Part shown: positions 19,156 to 29,987 of the stretch, piece by piece | Position numbering within the stretch: the first letter of the stretch is position 1 | Layout: every line of letters starts with the position of its first letter | Program-made: the position numbers and the translations under genes | The notes under the pieces: generated by a model | The model's input: only the letters and a program-made list of their open reading frames with translations | The model's database searches: none | What the model was told of the DNA's origin: nothing | Source: Caldisericia bacterium | GTDB taxonomy: Bacteria; Caldisericota; Caldisericia; JAAYUI01 | Direction: 5' to 3' | Length of the DNA: 64,000 bases | Assembly (NCBI GenBank): GCA_963674785.1 | Contig: OY771555.1 | Coordinates: 192,001 to 256,000, forward strand

Positions 19156-20667
19156 TCAATGAACACTTACCATGAGTGCATCAAAATTTCCTGAAAAATC
19201 AGGGATACCCCAACAATGCAAAAGAGTTCCGACTTCTATTGTCTCAGGGTCAATAAACCCAAATCCACCCTCAATTACTTTACATCCTTTTCTGCAGTCA
19301 ACATCCAGTTTTTTTCCCTGAAGGTCATAGTTCATTGATCCGAGGCAATCTAGTTTTATTATTCCATTTTCATAACCTGTAAACCAGCCAGTTAATCTAA
19401 CACCCATTATCCCAAACTCAGGAACATACACTCCAACAGCTTTTCCATCTGTTAACCAGCTCAACAAAATTGTGTTTTCTTCAATTGCACCACCCGGTGA
19501 ATATATCCATGAGTAATCATCAATAAGTGATTTATGCTCATCTCCGAAGTAATCAGTTATGCTTTCTGTCTCTTCATTCCACACACCAAACACAAAATCC
19601 GAAGATTTCTTTGGGTCTGTTGTAATAACATCCACGTTTAGCTCATTTGAGTATTCACCAAAGATTCCAATCACTTCAACGGGATAATCAATTGGAATCT
19701 TTAAAAGCTCCTTGTAGTTAAGAATCAGACCATCATGGATAATCAGAGTGTTCTGGGAAAAGGTAGTCTTCAGTTCACATTCAACAAACTGGTTTACAAC
19801 ACATGAGATTTTAAGTGTTTCACCATTATTCTCTTTTACGACTCCAAGAATTCGTCCCCCATCTGTTGCCTGGCTAATATTGCACACGAGTGAATTAACA
19901 AGGATTGAATTTGAATCATTATCAATCAAACCGTTGCAAAGTGAGACTCTACCAGGGATTATCTGTGAGATGTTTATTCGATTTCGTCCCTCAAATATTT
20001 GACTTTCATCATCAAAAAACAATTCATACTCGCTACTTGTAATCTTTCTTCCATTCTTTTCGCTTTTGACAAAGAAGAATTCATTAAGATCATTTTTTCG
20101 AATCTGACCAGTAAACGTTGTTGGAGTTTCGATTCTTTCAGCAACAGCATAAACAATAATCATTTGATCTATCCTGACACCGAAAAGGTCGACTTTACCT
20201 ACAATACGACCCATTGAATCCCAAAGAAAATCTCCTGAGAAAACAGAGTTCGATGAAAAGATTGGAAAATATTTCTTTCCCAATGAATAAAAAAATCCAT
20301 CCTTAAATTCACCAGTAAAATGATCGCACCCTTCTCTACAAACCAGGGAATCTACACAACCTGATTCAAAATCCCAGTGTCCTGCAACAAATACATTTTT
20401 TGAGACTTTCGAGTCAAAAGATTTCTTTTCAAGCTCGAGCCGAATTGCCGCAAGATTCTCGTTAACCTCAGAATTTAGATAGTCCTCTGAGTTTATATAT
20501 TCTGGAATCAAGTAATAATCGAAATCATCTAGTCTTAAGACATTTCCAAAAAAAATTGAAATTGGGCCGTCATTTTGCTCAACCGAAAAAACGTTGTTTG
20601 CAGCAAAAGAAGGGAGTATCAAGCAAAAGGACACAAAAAAGAGGAGGATTTTCTTTGAAGAAATCAC
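19156..20667 (-). CDS. Secreted hypothetical protein with OB-fold-like (DUF5666-like) repeats
   Basis: Signal peptide; beta-rich repeats such as IEVGTLLHCWG and IIPGRVSLCNG. Confidence 0.6.
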   Translation of the reverse strand: MISSKKILLFFVSFCLILPSFAANNVFSVEQNDGPISIFFGNVLRLDDFDYYLIPEYINSEDYLNSEVNENLAAIRLELEKKSFDSKVSKNVFVAGHWDFESGCVDSLVCREGCDHFTGEFKDGFFYSLGKKYFPIFSSNSVFSGDFLWDSMGRIVGKVDLFGVRIDQMIIVYAVAERIETPTTFTGQIRKNDLNEFFFVKSEKNGRKITSSEYELFFDDESQIFEGRNRINISQIIPGRVSLCNGLIDNDSNSILVNSLVCNISQATDGGRILGVVKENNGETLKISCVVNQFVECELKTTFSQNTLIIHDGLILNYKELLKIPIDYPVEVIGIFGEYSNELNVDVITTDPKKSSDFVFGVWNEETESITDYFGDEHKSLIDDYSWIYSPGGAIEENTILLSWLTDGKAVGVYVPEFGIMGVRLTGWFTGYENGIIKLDCLGSMNYDLQGKKLDVDCRKGCKVIEGGFGFIDPETIEVGTLLHCWGIPDFSGNFDALMVSVH

Positions 20668-21461
20668 TTGAATGCAATTCCAGCATAGGTGACAACATTG
20701 CTGAAATCATGACTCATTTCGCCAGAGTTTGAGTACGCAAGGAGTTTTCCAGATGTAGCTCCTCTTCTTTTTGAAAGCTCCGTAACAATTGAGATAGGAA
20801 TAACGCCACATATAGACATCTCTTTATCCACGGATATCTGAATAAACTTCTCCCAATCAAGCTCTTTTATAGAGTTGATTGCAACCTTATCTCTTGCCTT
20901 TGCTGTATACTCTGGTTCATAATGAGTAAAATCAGACGATGCAACAAAAAGGATATCCTTTCCATTGACACTCTTATCAATTGCATCAGCTATATCAATA
21001 ACAACATCAATATTGCTTGTTCCAATAGCTATCGGAACAATCCTCATGTTTTTATTCTTAATCTGGAAAAAAGGAAGCAACACCTCAATACTGTGTTCTG
21101 ACATGTGAGCCTTTTCATCTAGCTCAGCATATTCGGAATTCTTCGCAATTTCTTTTGCAAGCGAAGAGTCAACCTCAACATCACCAAGCGGAGTTTCCCA
21201 TTTTCCTTCTGGATACACAGAGACTGCAGTTCCTAATCCCGTATGGTTGGGTCCAAAGATTATCACTGTATCAGGCACCTTGATCTTTCCTACAACAGCA
21301 CCTGCGGTTTTTCCAGAATACATTATACCAGCATGAGGAACAACTATCCCAGGGATACTGACCTCTTTTCCAGACTCACCAAGAAAACCTTCAATTGCTT
21401 TTCTTAATTCTTCCGGATCTGAAGGATAAAATCTTCCTGATACACATGAAACTCTTTCCAT
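20664..21461 (-). CDS. amrB: AmmeMemoRadiSam system protein B (Memo-like)
   Basis: GRFYP, VPHAGIMYSG, GPNHTG, EHSIEV, ASSDFTHY and SICG motifs. Confidence 0.93.
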   Translation of the reverse strand: MERVSCVSGRFYPSDPEELRKAIEGFLGESGKEVSIPGIVVPHAGIMYSGKTAGAVVGKIKVPDTVIIFGPNHTGLGTAVSVYPEGKWETPLGDVEVDSSLAKEIAKNSEYAELDEKAHMSEHSIEVLLPFFQIKNKNMRIVPIAIGTSNIDVVIDIADAIDKSVNGKDILFVASSDFTHYEPEYTAKARDKVAINSIKELDWEKFIQISVDKEMSICGVIPISIVTELSKRRGATSGKLLAYSNSGEMSHDFSNVVTYAGIAFK

Positions 21462-21469
21462 ATAGATTA

Positions 21470-21498
21470 ATGATATAAACTTGAAGTTACCGTGTCAA
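21470..21498 (-). promoter_or_regulatory. Sigma70 promoter of amrB (leaderless-type)
   Basis: TTGACA-17-TATCAT, then 8 nt to the ATG with no SD. Confidence 0.65.
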
Positions 21499-21538
21499 TC
21501 TTGAAAGCTTAGCTCTTATCAATAACATCAATGAGTGT

Positions 21539-22171
21539 ATGTGCATACCAATACTTGATTGCGATAACACACTATACAAGAGCGATACCTTATTCGAGGT
21601 CATCGGCGAGAGAATTATTGATTTCATGAAGGTTAAGTTGGGATATCCCGACAATGAAAGCGTTCATGAGGTCAGGAAGAGCTACTGGAAAGATTATGGA
21701 ACAACTCTTGCTGGACTCATAAGGCATAACGATGTTGATCCTTCAGATTACCTTGAATATATTCATGACCTCAATCTCAAAGATTTCGTAAAACCAAATC
21801 CAATAGTCAGGAAAAATCTAACAGCAATTCCAAGTAAAAAAGTAATCATGAGTAACGCCCCTCGAAAACACGTGCTTGAAGTATTGGAAATACTTGAAAT
21901 TCCTGATATCCCAGAAAGAGTATATGCGATTGAGGAATTCAATTACGATGGAAAACCTTTTAAATCAAGTTATCAATATGTTCTAAAAGAGTCGAACATC
22001 AAACCAGAGGATGGAATTATGTTTGATGATTTCGAGCAGAACCTCGATGGCGCTAAATCAGTCGGACTTAAAACATGTCTTGTTGGGAAAGCCAATTCAA
22101 ACGGATTTGACTTCCAGATTAATGACATATCCGAGATATTAAAAGTGTTTTTTGTAAACCCGGAGGAGTAG
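21539..22171 (+). CDS. HAD-IA hydrolase, pyrimidine 5'-nucleotidase-like
   Basis: DCDNTLY, YGTTLAGL, MSNAP, GKP and MFDDFEQNL motifs. Confidence 0.85.
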   Translation: MCIPILDCDNTLYKSDTLFEVIGERIIDFMKVKLGYPDNESVHEVRKSYWKDYGTTLAGLIRHNDVDPSDYLEYIHDLNLKDFVKPNPIVRKNLTAIPSKKVIMSNAPRKHVLEVLEILEIPDIPERVYAIEEFNYDGKPFKSSYQYVLKESNIKPEDGIMFDDFEQNLDGAKSVGLKTCLVGKANSNGFDFQINDISEILKVFFVNPEE

Positions 22172-22172
22172 T

Positions 22173-25100
22173 ATGTTTAAGAAAGTTCTATCAATTCTTC
22201 TTGTAGTCTTTATGATCCAGATTCCGCAAATATCATTTGCGGCTGACCCCTCAATAAACGCTGAGGGCTCAGATGGTGCGATAACCATCTCATGGGAAGC
22301 ACATCCCGATGCAAGTTACTACGATGTGGTAATGATAAGACCAGAGATGGAATCACTGTCAGGTATATTTAGTGGAACAGAATGGGTAGTAGGTGACGCT
22401 GAACCAGACACAAAATATAGTTTTTTTGTTACAGCCTATGATTCAAATCTTAATCAGATATACAGGTACGATGAGGTATCAGCTGAAACAGATGCAGCAA
22501 AATCAACTCTAACGGCACCGTGCAATAAAATCCTTGCATTTACAATCAATCAAAAGCAATACACAATCGATGGTGAAAAAAGTGAAATGTCAACTGCCCC
22601 CATCATCAAAGGTGGTAGAAGCTTCCTTGTAATAAGATATGTTGTCGAACCAATCATGGGTGAAATCGGTTGGGAAGGGTCAACAAAAAAAATTACAATT
22701 TCAGCCCTCGGGCATGAAATAGAGATGTGGATTGGAAAGCCAATTGCACTCGTTGATGGAGTTGAAAGACCAATTGATCCGAACAACGCTGAGATTACAC
22801 CATTTATTGAAAACGGAAGAACTCTTGTTCCCCTAAGATTCCCAGTTGAGGCTCTTGGTTCTGGAAGCATTTCCTGGTTTGGTGACACAAAAACCGCGGT
22901 TCTTACCTTCCCAATGGGATGTGAAAGTGGAATCATCGGGAGAATAACTAACTCAGGGGAAGGATTCCTAGAGGTTTCCTCAGACTCAGGTCAAAAGGTG
23001 AAGTTTGATATTGACGGTACCTCACCATTCATCAACGGCTCATGTGTCAACATAAAATATGAAAAAATCGGGGATAAAAACATCATAGGCAGCATCACAA
23101 AAGCACCTTGTGATATGACATGCACCGGTGAAAAGGTCGCTGGCGAGGTAAAGGTTATTACTGGTGACGAAATAACAATTGAAGGACTTGATGGAAAATG
23201 GAATACATACAAGTACTCCACAGGAATCCTTAAACCAAAAGTGGGTCAGAAAATCAGTGGATGTGTAGATGGTGAAACATTAACAAAAATCAGTATTGAT
23301 CTTCCATCAAAAAAAGATATTGAGGGAGAGGTTCTTAAAAAAGATTGTGATAATAACCAGGTGATGATCTCTTCGGGTGATAAAACACTCAGAGTAGAAC
23401 TACGAGACCAGCTATCATGTGATGATTTCCCAGAGGGTGATTGTGTAAGAATTTCTGCAGAATCTCATCCACTTTCTCCAGACGTTGTTTTTGCTGATTC
23501 GGTAAAAGTTGTCCCCTGTGGTGAAAGAATCGAAAAAACTCTTTATGTCCAAAATTTCTGTGAATCAAATGCGATTGAAGCAATGGATATTGAAGGTAAC
23601 TCTTATGCTATAGAGTTGCCAACGTCACAACTTTGTGCATCATTAAAACCTGGAAACTGTATTTTGGTAAACGGAACAATCTCGGGAACTTTTATCTTTG
23701 CAGAAGACTTAAAAATCACAGATGCACCAAAAGAAGATAACTATTTGAGAGGCGTTATCTCGTCCCTTTCACCATTAAAGGTTTCACTTCCAGCGGGAAG
23801 TGAGTTTTCATTTGATAAACCAAAATACTTTGGGGCAGATTTGACTATTGGTCTTGGTATTGAACTTTGGGGTTCGATCTCTGATGATTTTATCAGAAGC
23901 GTTAAAATCAATATCTTGTCAGGGTTTCCAAGCACAATAACCGGAAGGGTAATTGGTGCAGTTTGTCAAGCAAAAAAAATACTCATCATCAACTCCGATG
24001 GAAAATTCGAAATCAAACTTCCCGAAAATATCAAATGTGAAGATATTCAAACAGGTTCATGTATCAATGCATTTGGGGAATCCTCTGATGATTCTTCATT
24101 TGATTCTGCACTTGTTCAAATCGTTCCTTGTGAATCCGAGTGTTACGGTCAAACTTTTGAAGGAATAATAATATCAACAAACTGTGATTATGGTGAAGTA
24201 TCAATCATTTTTGAAGATACCGAATACACAGTAAAAGTTCCTACTGATACAAATTGCTCAGAACTCAGCATTGGATCATGTGTGAAAATCTGTGGCTCTT
24301 TGGATGGAAAAATCATAACATCTGACTCATTTGAGGTTTTTGAGTGTTTAGAACCTGATTGCGCATCCGATATGATATATGGAATTGTCAGCTCAATTGA
24401 CCATGATTCAAGAGAAATAATCATCGAGACAGAGGATGAAACAATAAGTTCAATTGTTCCTATTACAACAGACATTGATAGCTTGGTTGTTTCTGACTGC
24501 GTTGAGTTTTGCGGAAATAAAGAAAACCCTGAATTTATGAGTCGTATTTTCTGTGAAGCTATTGACGACGTAATCTCTGGAACAGTAAAAGAAGCTCAAG
24601 ATAATGGATATCTTATTACCACAAAGGACGAAGAGCTTCTTCTTGTAACAAACAAGGAATTGTCTGTTGGGATGTGCATCAAAGCAATTGGAACAAAGAA
24701 GCTTCCAACATTCACTGCAAAAATTGTTTCCGTTGTCCCATGCTCAGATTCACCCACCCTGCAAGGCGAAATTGTTGGGGTTGATTGCTGGTCAAAAACA
24801 ATCTCAATAAAAACCTCATCTGGGACAGATACAGTAACCCTTGGCGAAAAAACACAGTGCGAAGACATTAATCTCGGTGACTGCATAATCTACAAAACAA
24901 CTGATGATGGACCTGAGATCGAAATCACCGATTGCTCTGAAAACATTACTGACACAATCCAGATCGCTATTACTTCGGCTGATGATGGATGGATTTATGG
25001 AACGACCTTAGATACCAAAAAGGCAATCAAAGTCAGAACATCAGAAAACTTTGAAATAGGCGATCTCCTGCTGGTTGACGGACACAGAGTCAATAGTTCA

Positions 25101-28100
25101 ACATTTGATAATACAGAGATTAGTGAAATTGGTGAAAAGTTTATCTCAAAGAAATCTGGCATTCTTCTCTTTGAGGGTTGGGAACCAAATTCAAAGGTAT
25201 GCTTCCTATCTGATAATCTAGGAACAAAACACATCGCAATATCACCAGAAATAGATTTTTCAGAAATCAAAATTGGGTCATATGTTGGAATTGATATGCT
25301 TGAGATTGATGGTGGATATGGAATCGGTTCAAAGATAATAACAAACGTTGACACACTCTCAAAGGATGATTTTGAATTCACACAGGTTGTTGGAGTTATC
25401 TTTGGAATAGATACAGTCGACAGTGTTATTTTGCTTCACACATACGAGGGAGATAATGTTATAGTCTCACCTTCAGACAGTTCAGTTCTGAAGACTCTTA
25501 AAACCGGTGACTGTGCGATCGCAAAAGGAAACTTGAAACTAGATACAATGTGGATCACCGAGGCAGCAATCGAAGCATCAGACTGTATGGGTGGTGAAAT
25601 TGGAAGACAATTCACAGGTGTCGTTGTTGGAATCGATGCAGTAGCAGGAAGACTTCAAGTTGCAAGCGATAACGGAGAGATATTATACACAGTGTGGCTT
25701 GAGGCTGTCTCACAGCTTACAGGATTAACTCTTGGAGATTGCGTTTCCTGCTCAGGTGTTCTCATTAAAAAGGATGATGAAAGCAACCTACTTGGAAGAG
25801 AAGTCACAAGGATAGATTGTTTAGCTGAGGCGAATAAACCAATTCTGATTGAAGGTGAAGTTGACCAAATTGATGAAGATGCAGGATTTGTAAGGATCAT
25901 AACAATTGATAAAACTTCTTGGAAAGCATTTTTGGCTGAGGATGCAAAAAACCATGATGTCGAAAAGGGAGATTTTGTTAGATGCTCTGGAAGACTTCAG
26001 GCCAAAAAAGGGATTATCGCCAAAGCATTTATAACTCCAATTACACCTGCAACATTCTACTGGAGCGTTTCAGGAGAAGTCACAGCAACAGAAGATAAAT
26101 CATTTGTACTCAAAGATAGCGATGGCAGAGACTGGAAAATGAAAGGCAATAAGCTTCCAGAGGCTGGTGATAAGATATTTGCAGTTGGAATTTTGCCAAT
26201 CGATGGTTTCGCAAGTCTGGATGATGTTAATTGGATCAGCATGGAAAACTGGGAAGAACCAATTACTAAAATCTCTGGTGTCGTTTTCGGTCTTTCATGT
26301 GGAATGGACAACCTTCTTCTAAGAGACAAATTCGCAACAATGACTTCCATAAGACTACCTAAAACTGGTTTCTGCGGTTACTTTACCGTTGGTGAATGTA
26401 TTGATATGAAGGGTCGACTCATGGCAAACATTCACGGAATGGCAAAAGTTACAAGCGTAACCCAGTCGACCGAGAACTGCTTTGAAAGAGAAGTAGCTGG
26501 TCGAGTGGTTGCAAGATCACTTGTTGATAAAGTTGCAGTTCTTCTGACAAGCGACGGAACAAAGATAAGACTTGGATTTGAAACTGAGGCAAAATGTGTC
26601 AAAGCTGAGGTTGGCAAACTTTATTCTGCAACAGGAAGATTTATGCCATACGCCCCTGATATTTTGAAAGTTGATTCTCTCAGCAAAATCAACAGTGTTG
26701 GTTCGTACAGCGCCGAAGGTATTATTGTTGCAAAAGCTGATGAAGTCATATATCTAAAGAATAACTCTGGGAAAATAGTAAGAGTAACTCTTCCGGAAGA
26801 CTCAAAATCATTCGATGGAATGATTGGTTGCAGAGTTACTGTTGAGGGTGAAAAAGACACTGATTCAAGCGTTAACGCAAAAAGCATCTCAGTTGTCAAC
26901 GACGAAGACATCGCAATCGAACTGGTTGGCAAAGTTATCAAATCGGGAAACGGGTATGCACTTCTTTCTGAGGAGGAGACCGGAAAAATATGGAGAATCG
27001 AATCTGATGATGATATTGCACTTGGTAACTCATTTGTTGTAGGATGGCAGAAAACAAACAGACATTGCATCATCACTGGTGCCAAGGTTATTAAGATCGA
27101 TAACGAACCCACAACACAGGTTTTGATGTGGGGAGTGGTCAAAACAACTGATTGTGACAACAATATTGTAGATATTCAATTGGACGATGGAACAGTTTAC
27201 GAGGTACATTCTGGATACTACGGTCAATGTGAAACATTTACTCCTGGAGAACTTGTTCAGATTGTTGGACAGGTTCAGCCAAAATCAGGCAAAGTTATAA
27301 CTGGTGCGAGAATGCTTAGACCTGGGCTTGTTGGTGACAGAAAAGTTATTGTCGGGGTAGTTACAGAGGTTTCATGCACTTCAAGAATTGTCAAACTTCA
27401 AGAGGACGACAGAGGAGATATTTCCGGTAACAACTGGGTTATCAGGCTTTCTGATGATGTAGTTTGCGAAGATATTGAAGTTGGAGACAGAATAAAGGTT
27501 GAGGGTGACCCAGTCACATCTGAAAAATATGTTCTTGAGGATGCAACTATCTCCTCACTTACTCAGAAGATTCAGGATGCTAAAATCCAGGGGAAACTCG
27601 TAACATTTGACCGGGATGAGAATATTTTGATTCTTCTTTCCGAAGGAAGATACTACAGGATAGTCCCAAAAAATGGTGACGCATTTGAAAGCACTCTTTT
27701 TGTTGGGGATGAAATAATTGTTACAGCAAAGATTGCCTCAAACAGAAAAACAATTCTTAAAGAGGCTACCTGGGAAATTGTTCCAGATGAGAAGGCATAC
27801 ATTGTTCTACATGGTTGGGTGGATGTAGCATCATGCCCAAAAATCAGGTTTTATACAAATGACGAGGAATTCTGGAGAATAAACATTGAGGAAGGTGAAC
27901 CATGCGAGATGCTCAATAAAGGTTCTAGAATTTCAGTGAAGGGATTAAAAGACCTCTCCCAGGATCATCTAATGCACCACGCCATGATTCTAAATTACAT
28001 GAAGAAAACCGTTTTCATGGGAATTATTGATGAAATAAACTGCTCAACCGGAATCGCTATCGTTGACATGGACGGCGCAAAAATGCAGGTTCATTTGGAA

Positions 28101-28949
28101 ACAGGATTTGATGGATGTCTTCAAGACAAATTCTCAAAGGGTGATGCAATTCAGGTTACGGGATGGAAACATGATCTATATCAAGAAGCCCCTGTTTACT
28201 TTGCAGAGTTCGAGAGGTTTGGTAATTCTGCAGGAATGATTCCTGTAGACTTCACAGGAGAAGTCTTAATCAATCCAGATTGCAAGAAAAATGAAGTCCA
28301 AGTAGCATCAAGCCATGTCATTTGGAGAGTAAGGCTTCCTGACGGTTATGACTGCAACAGCATAACTCAGGGTGATTGGATACACATCAAAGGTGGGATT
28401 GAGGATTGGGACAACAAGATTATCCTCGGTGAATCAATCGAAAAGGGACAGGCATGCATTTTTGGTTCCATTGCAAGAGCAAATTACAGCAAAAATGAAC
28501 TATTTGTACAAGAACTAGAAAAAGATCAACAATGGACAGTCACACTCCAAGATACAAGCAAGACTTCACAGTTTAGAACCGGTGATTTTGCAATCTTCTA
28601 CGGTGAAAGTTCATCAAGTAACAGAATGTCTATCTCAAACGCAACAGGAACAAAGCTTCAAGAAATCGAAGGAGTCGTAGATGAAATTGACTTGGCAAGT
28701 CAGTCAATCACCGTAATAAATGGAAAAAAGAAATACAAGGTGATGGTTAAAACTGATTGGATAACTGTTTCAGATTTTGAAAAAAACAAGGGTGTTTTTG
28801 CTGCAGGAATAAAAACAGACAAAAAGGCTGAGGATGGATCAATAATCTATGAAAACTGCTATATCAAATATGATATGAAGCTTGATCCAAAAAGTACTGG
28901 AAGTTCATATCCAAAACTCCTTGACGTAAGCTCCTGTATCCCAGATTAG
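22173..28949 (+). CDS. Giant secreted protein: Fn3 + stalk + many Cys-containing OB-fold-like (DUF5666-like) repeats
   Basis: Signal peptide; Fn3-like segment (ITISW...YSFFVTAY); stalk repeats; then repeats of about 70 aa resembling G.V...C....I.I...V.LP...C..L..G.CV...G. Confidence 0.85.
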   Translation: MFKKVLSILLVVFMIQIPQISFAADPSINAEGSDGAITISWEAHPDASYYDVVMIRPEMESLSGIFSGTEWVVGDAEPDTKYSFFVTAYDSNLNQIYRYDEVSAETDAAKSTLTAPCNKILAFTINQKQYTIDGEKSEMSTAPIIKGGRSFLVIRYVVEPIMGEIGWEGSTKKITISALGHEIEMWIGKPIALVDGVERPIDPNNAEITPFIENGRTLVPLRFPVEALGSGSISWFGDTKTAVLTFPMGCESGIIGRITNSGEGFLEVSSDSGQKVKFDIDGTSPFINGSCVNIKYEKIGDKNIIGSITKAPCDMTCTGEKVAGEVKVITGDEITIEGLDGKWNTYKYSTGILKPKVGQKISGCVDGETLTKISIDLPSKKDIEGEVLKKDCDNNQVMISSGDKTLRVELRDQLSCDDFPEGDCVRISAESHPLSPDVVFADSVKVVPCGERIEKTLYVQNFCESNAIEAMDIEGNSYAIELPTSQLCASLKPGNCILVNGTISGTFIFAEDLKITDAPKEDNYLRGVISSLSPLKVSLPAGSEFSFDKPKYFGADLTIGLGIELWGSISDDFIRSVKINILSGFPSTITGRVIGAVCQAKKILIINSDGKFEIKLPENIKCEDIQTGSCINAFGESSDDSSFDSALVQIVPCESECYGQTFEGIIISTNCDYGEVSIIFEDTEYTVKVPTDTNCSELSIGSCVKICGSLDGKIITSDSFEVFECLEPDCASDMIYGIVSSIDHDSREIIIETEDETISSIVPITTDIDSLVVSDCVEFCGNKENPEFMSRIFCEAIDDVISGTVKEAQDNGYLITTKDEELLLVTNKELSVGMCIKAIGTKKLPTFTAKIVSVVPCSDSPTLQGEIVGVDCWSKTISIKTSSGTDTVTLGEKTQCEDINLGDCIIYKTTDDGPEIEITDCSENITDTIQIAITSADDGWIYGTTLDTKKAIKVRTSENFEIGDLLLVDGHRVNSSTFDNTEISEIGEKFISKKSGILLFEGWEPNSKVCFLSDNLGTKHIAISPEIDFSEIKIGSYVGIDMLEIDGGYGIGSKIITNVDTLSKDDFEFTQVVGVIFGIDTVDSVILLHTYEGDNVIVSPSDSSVLKTLKTGDCAIAKGNLKLDTMWITEAAIEASDCMGGEIGRQFTGVVVGIDAVAGRLQVASDNGEILYTVWLEAVSQLTGLTLGDCVSCSGVLIKKDDESNLLGREVTRIDCLAEANKPILIEGEVDQIDEDAGFVRIITIDKTSWKAFLAEDAKNHDVEKGDFVRCSGRLQAKKGIIAKAFITPITPATFYWSVSGEVTATEDKSFVLKDSDGRDWKMKGNKLPEAGDKIFAVGILPIDGFASLDDVNWISMENWEEPITKISGVVFGLSCGMDNLLLRDKFATMTSIRLPKTGFCGYFTVGECIDMKGRLMANIHGMAKVTSVTQSTENCFEREVAGRVVARSLVDKVAVLLTSDGTKIRLGFETEAKCVKAEVGKLYSATGRFMPYAPDILKVDSLSKINSVGSYSAEGIIVAKADEVIYLKNNSGKIVRVTLPEDSKSFDGMIGCRVTVEGEKDTDSSVNAKSISVVNDEDIAIELVGKVIKSGNGYALLSEEETGKIWRIESDDDIALGNSFVVGWQKTNRHCIITGAKVIKIDNEPTTQVLMWGVVKTTDCDNNIVDIQLDDGTVYEVHSGYYGQCETFTPGELVQIVGQVQPKSGKVITGARMLRPGLVGDRKVIVGVVTEVSCTSRIVKLQEDDRGDISGNNWVIRLSDDVVCEDIEVGDRIKVEGDPVTSEKYVLEDATISSLTQKIQDAKIQGKLVTFDRDENILILLSEGRYYRIVPKNGDAFESTLFVGDEIIVTAKIASNRKTILKEATWEIVPDEKAYIVLHGWVDVASCPKIRFYTNDEEFWRINIEEGEPCEMLNKGSRISVKGLKDLSQDHLMHHAMILNYMKKTVFMGIIDEINCSTGIAIVDMDGAKMQVHLETGFDGCLQDKFSKGDAIQVTGWKHDLYQEAPVYFAEFERFGNSAGMIPVDFTGEVLINPDCKKNEVQVASSHVIWRVRLPDGYDCNSITQGDWIHIKGGIEDWDNKIILGESIEKGQACIFGSIARANYSKNELFVQELEKDQQWTVTLQDTSKTSQFRTGDFAIFYGESSSSNRMSISNATGTKLQEIEGVVDEIDLASQSITVINGKKKYKVMVKTDWITVSDFEKNKGVFAAGIKTDKKAEDGSIIYENCYIKYDMKLDPKSTGSSYPKLLDVSSCIPD

Positions 28950-28977
28950 ATTTTTTTGTTTCAAAATTGTTAATTTT

Positions 28978-29012
28978 GCGCCGAGGGTTTTCATCCTCGG
29001 CGCTTGTTATTT
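28978..29012 (+). terminator. Rho-independent terminator (possibly bidirectional)
   Basis: GCGCCGAGG-8nt-CCTCGGCGC followed by TTGTTATTTT, between convergent genes. Confidence 0.75.
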
Positions 29013-29131
29013 TATAAGAGTTTTTTTGTATCGAATTGAAAAAATCATTTACAGAAACTCTTCTCACTTATTACAACTTAACTACCACATCAAAATACGC
29101 TAGGATTCTAGCTACGAACGAACTTTGAAGG

Positions 29132-29983
29132 CTATCCGTAGTTTGAAAGTTTTTCAAAAACTCTTTCTACCGAATCAATTGGAGTTGATGCACCAGAAAT
29201 CAACCCAATTGATTTGATTTGGGATGAAGAAACATAAACCGAGATTTCTTTCAGAAGTAACTCATCAAGATCATCGGAGCATTCAATCCAAATAGTTTTT
29301 GTGTTTTGTTTTTGGGAAATCTCAACAAGCCTTTTTGTATTCGCAGAATTTTTGCCACCAACAACAACCATTAGGGAAACTTTTTTTGCAAGCTCTGATG
29401 CATTTTTTTGTCTTGTCCTTGTTGAAGGGCAAATCGTATTTTCAATAAGTAATTGATTAGTTTTTTCAATAAGTGATGTAGATACATCCTTTAGGGTCTC
29501 TATATTCTGGGTTGTCTGACAAACAAGGGCAATCTTATCATAGCAAGCAACAAGGGAAGCCTCAACCGCGGAAGAAACGATGATTGGGTCTTTTGTATAA
29601 CTGCTTACTGATTTGATCTCCGGATGATTTTTATCTCCCAAAATAACAACTTTGTATCCTTGCTCACCAAGTCTTTCCACTTGTTTTTGAAACTTAACGA
29701 CAAAAGGACAGGTTGCATCGATAATTTTTTTATCAGAAAGAATACCTAAAATTCCCTTTGGTGCTCCATGGGCTGTGATAACTAAATTATCAGAGGTAGC
29801 ATCTGAGACTGATTCAACTGTTGATATTCCACGACTTTTAAGGTCTTCAACAACACTCGGATTGTGAACAAGCCATCCAAGAATCTGAACATCACCTTTC
29901 TTTGATGCAACCTCAACAATCTCTAGTGCCCTTTTTACGCCAAAACAAAAGCCCTGGGGATTTTCAGGTTTAATGACTTTCAT
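29132..29983 (-). CDS. ispH: 4-hydroxy-3-methylbut-2-enyl diphosphate reductase
   Basis: GFCFGVKRA, HNP, AHG, DATCPFV, HPE, QTT, TIC, SANT and GASTP motifs. Confidence 0.96.
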   Translation of the reverse strand: MKVIKPENPQGFCFGVKRALEIVEVASKKGDVQILGWLVHNPSVVEDLKSRGISTVESVSDATSDNLVITAHGAPKGILGILSDKKIIDATCPFVVKFQKQVERLGEQGYKVVILGDKNHPEIKSVSSYTKDPIIVSSAVEASLVACYDKIALVCQTTQNIETLKDVSTSLIEKTNQLLIENTICPSTRTRQKNASELAKKVSLMVVVGGKNSANTKRLVEISQKQNTKTIWIECSDDLDELLLKEISVYVSSSQIKSIGLISGASTPIDSVERVFEKLSNYG

Positions 29984-29987
29984 TTGA

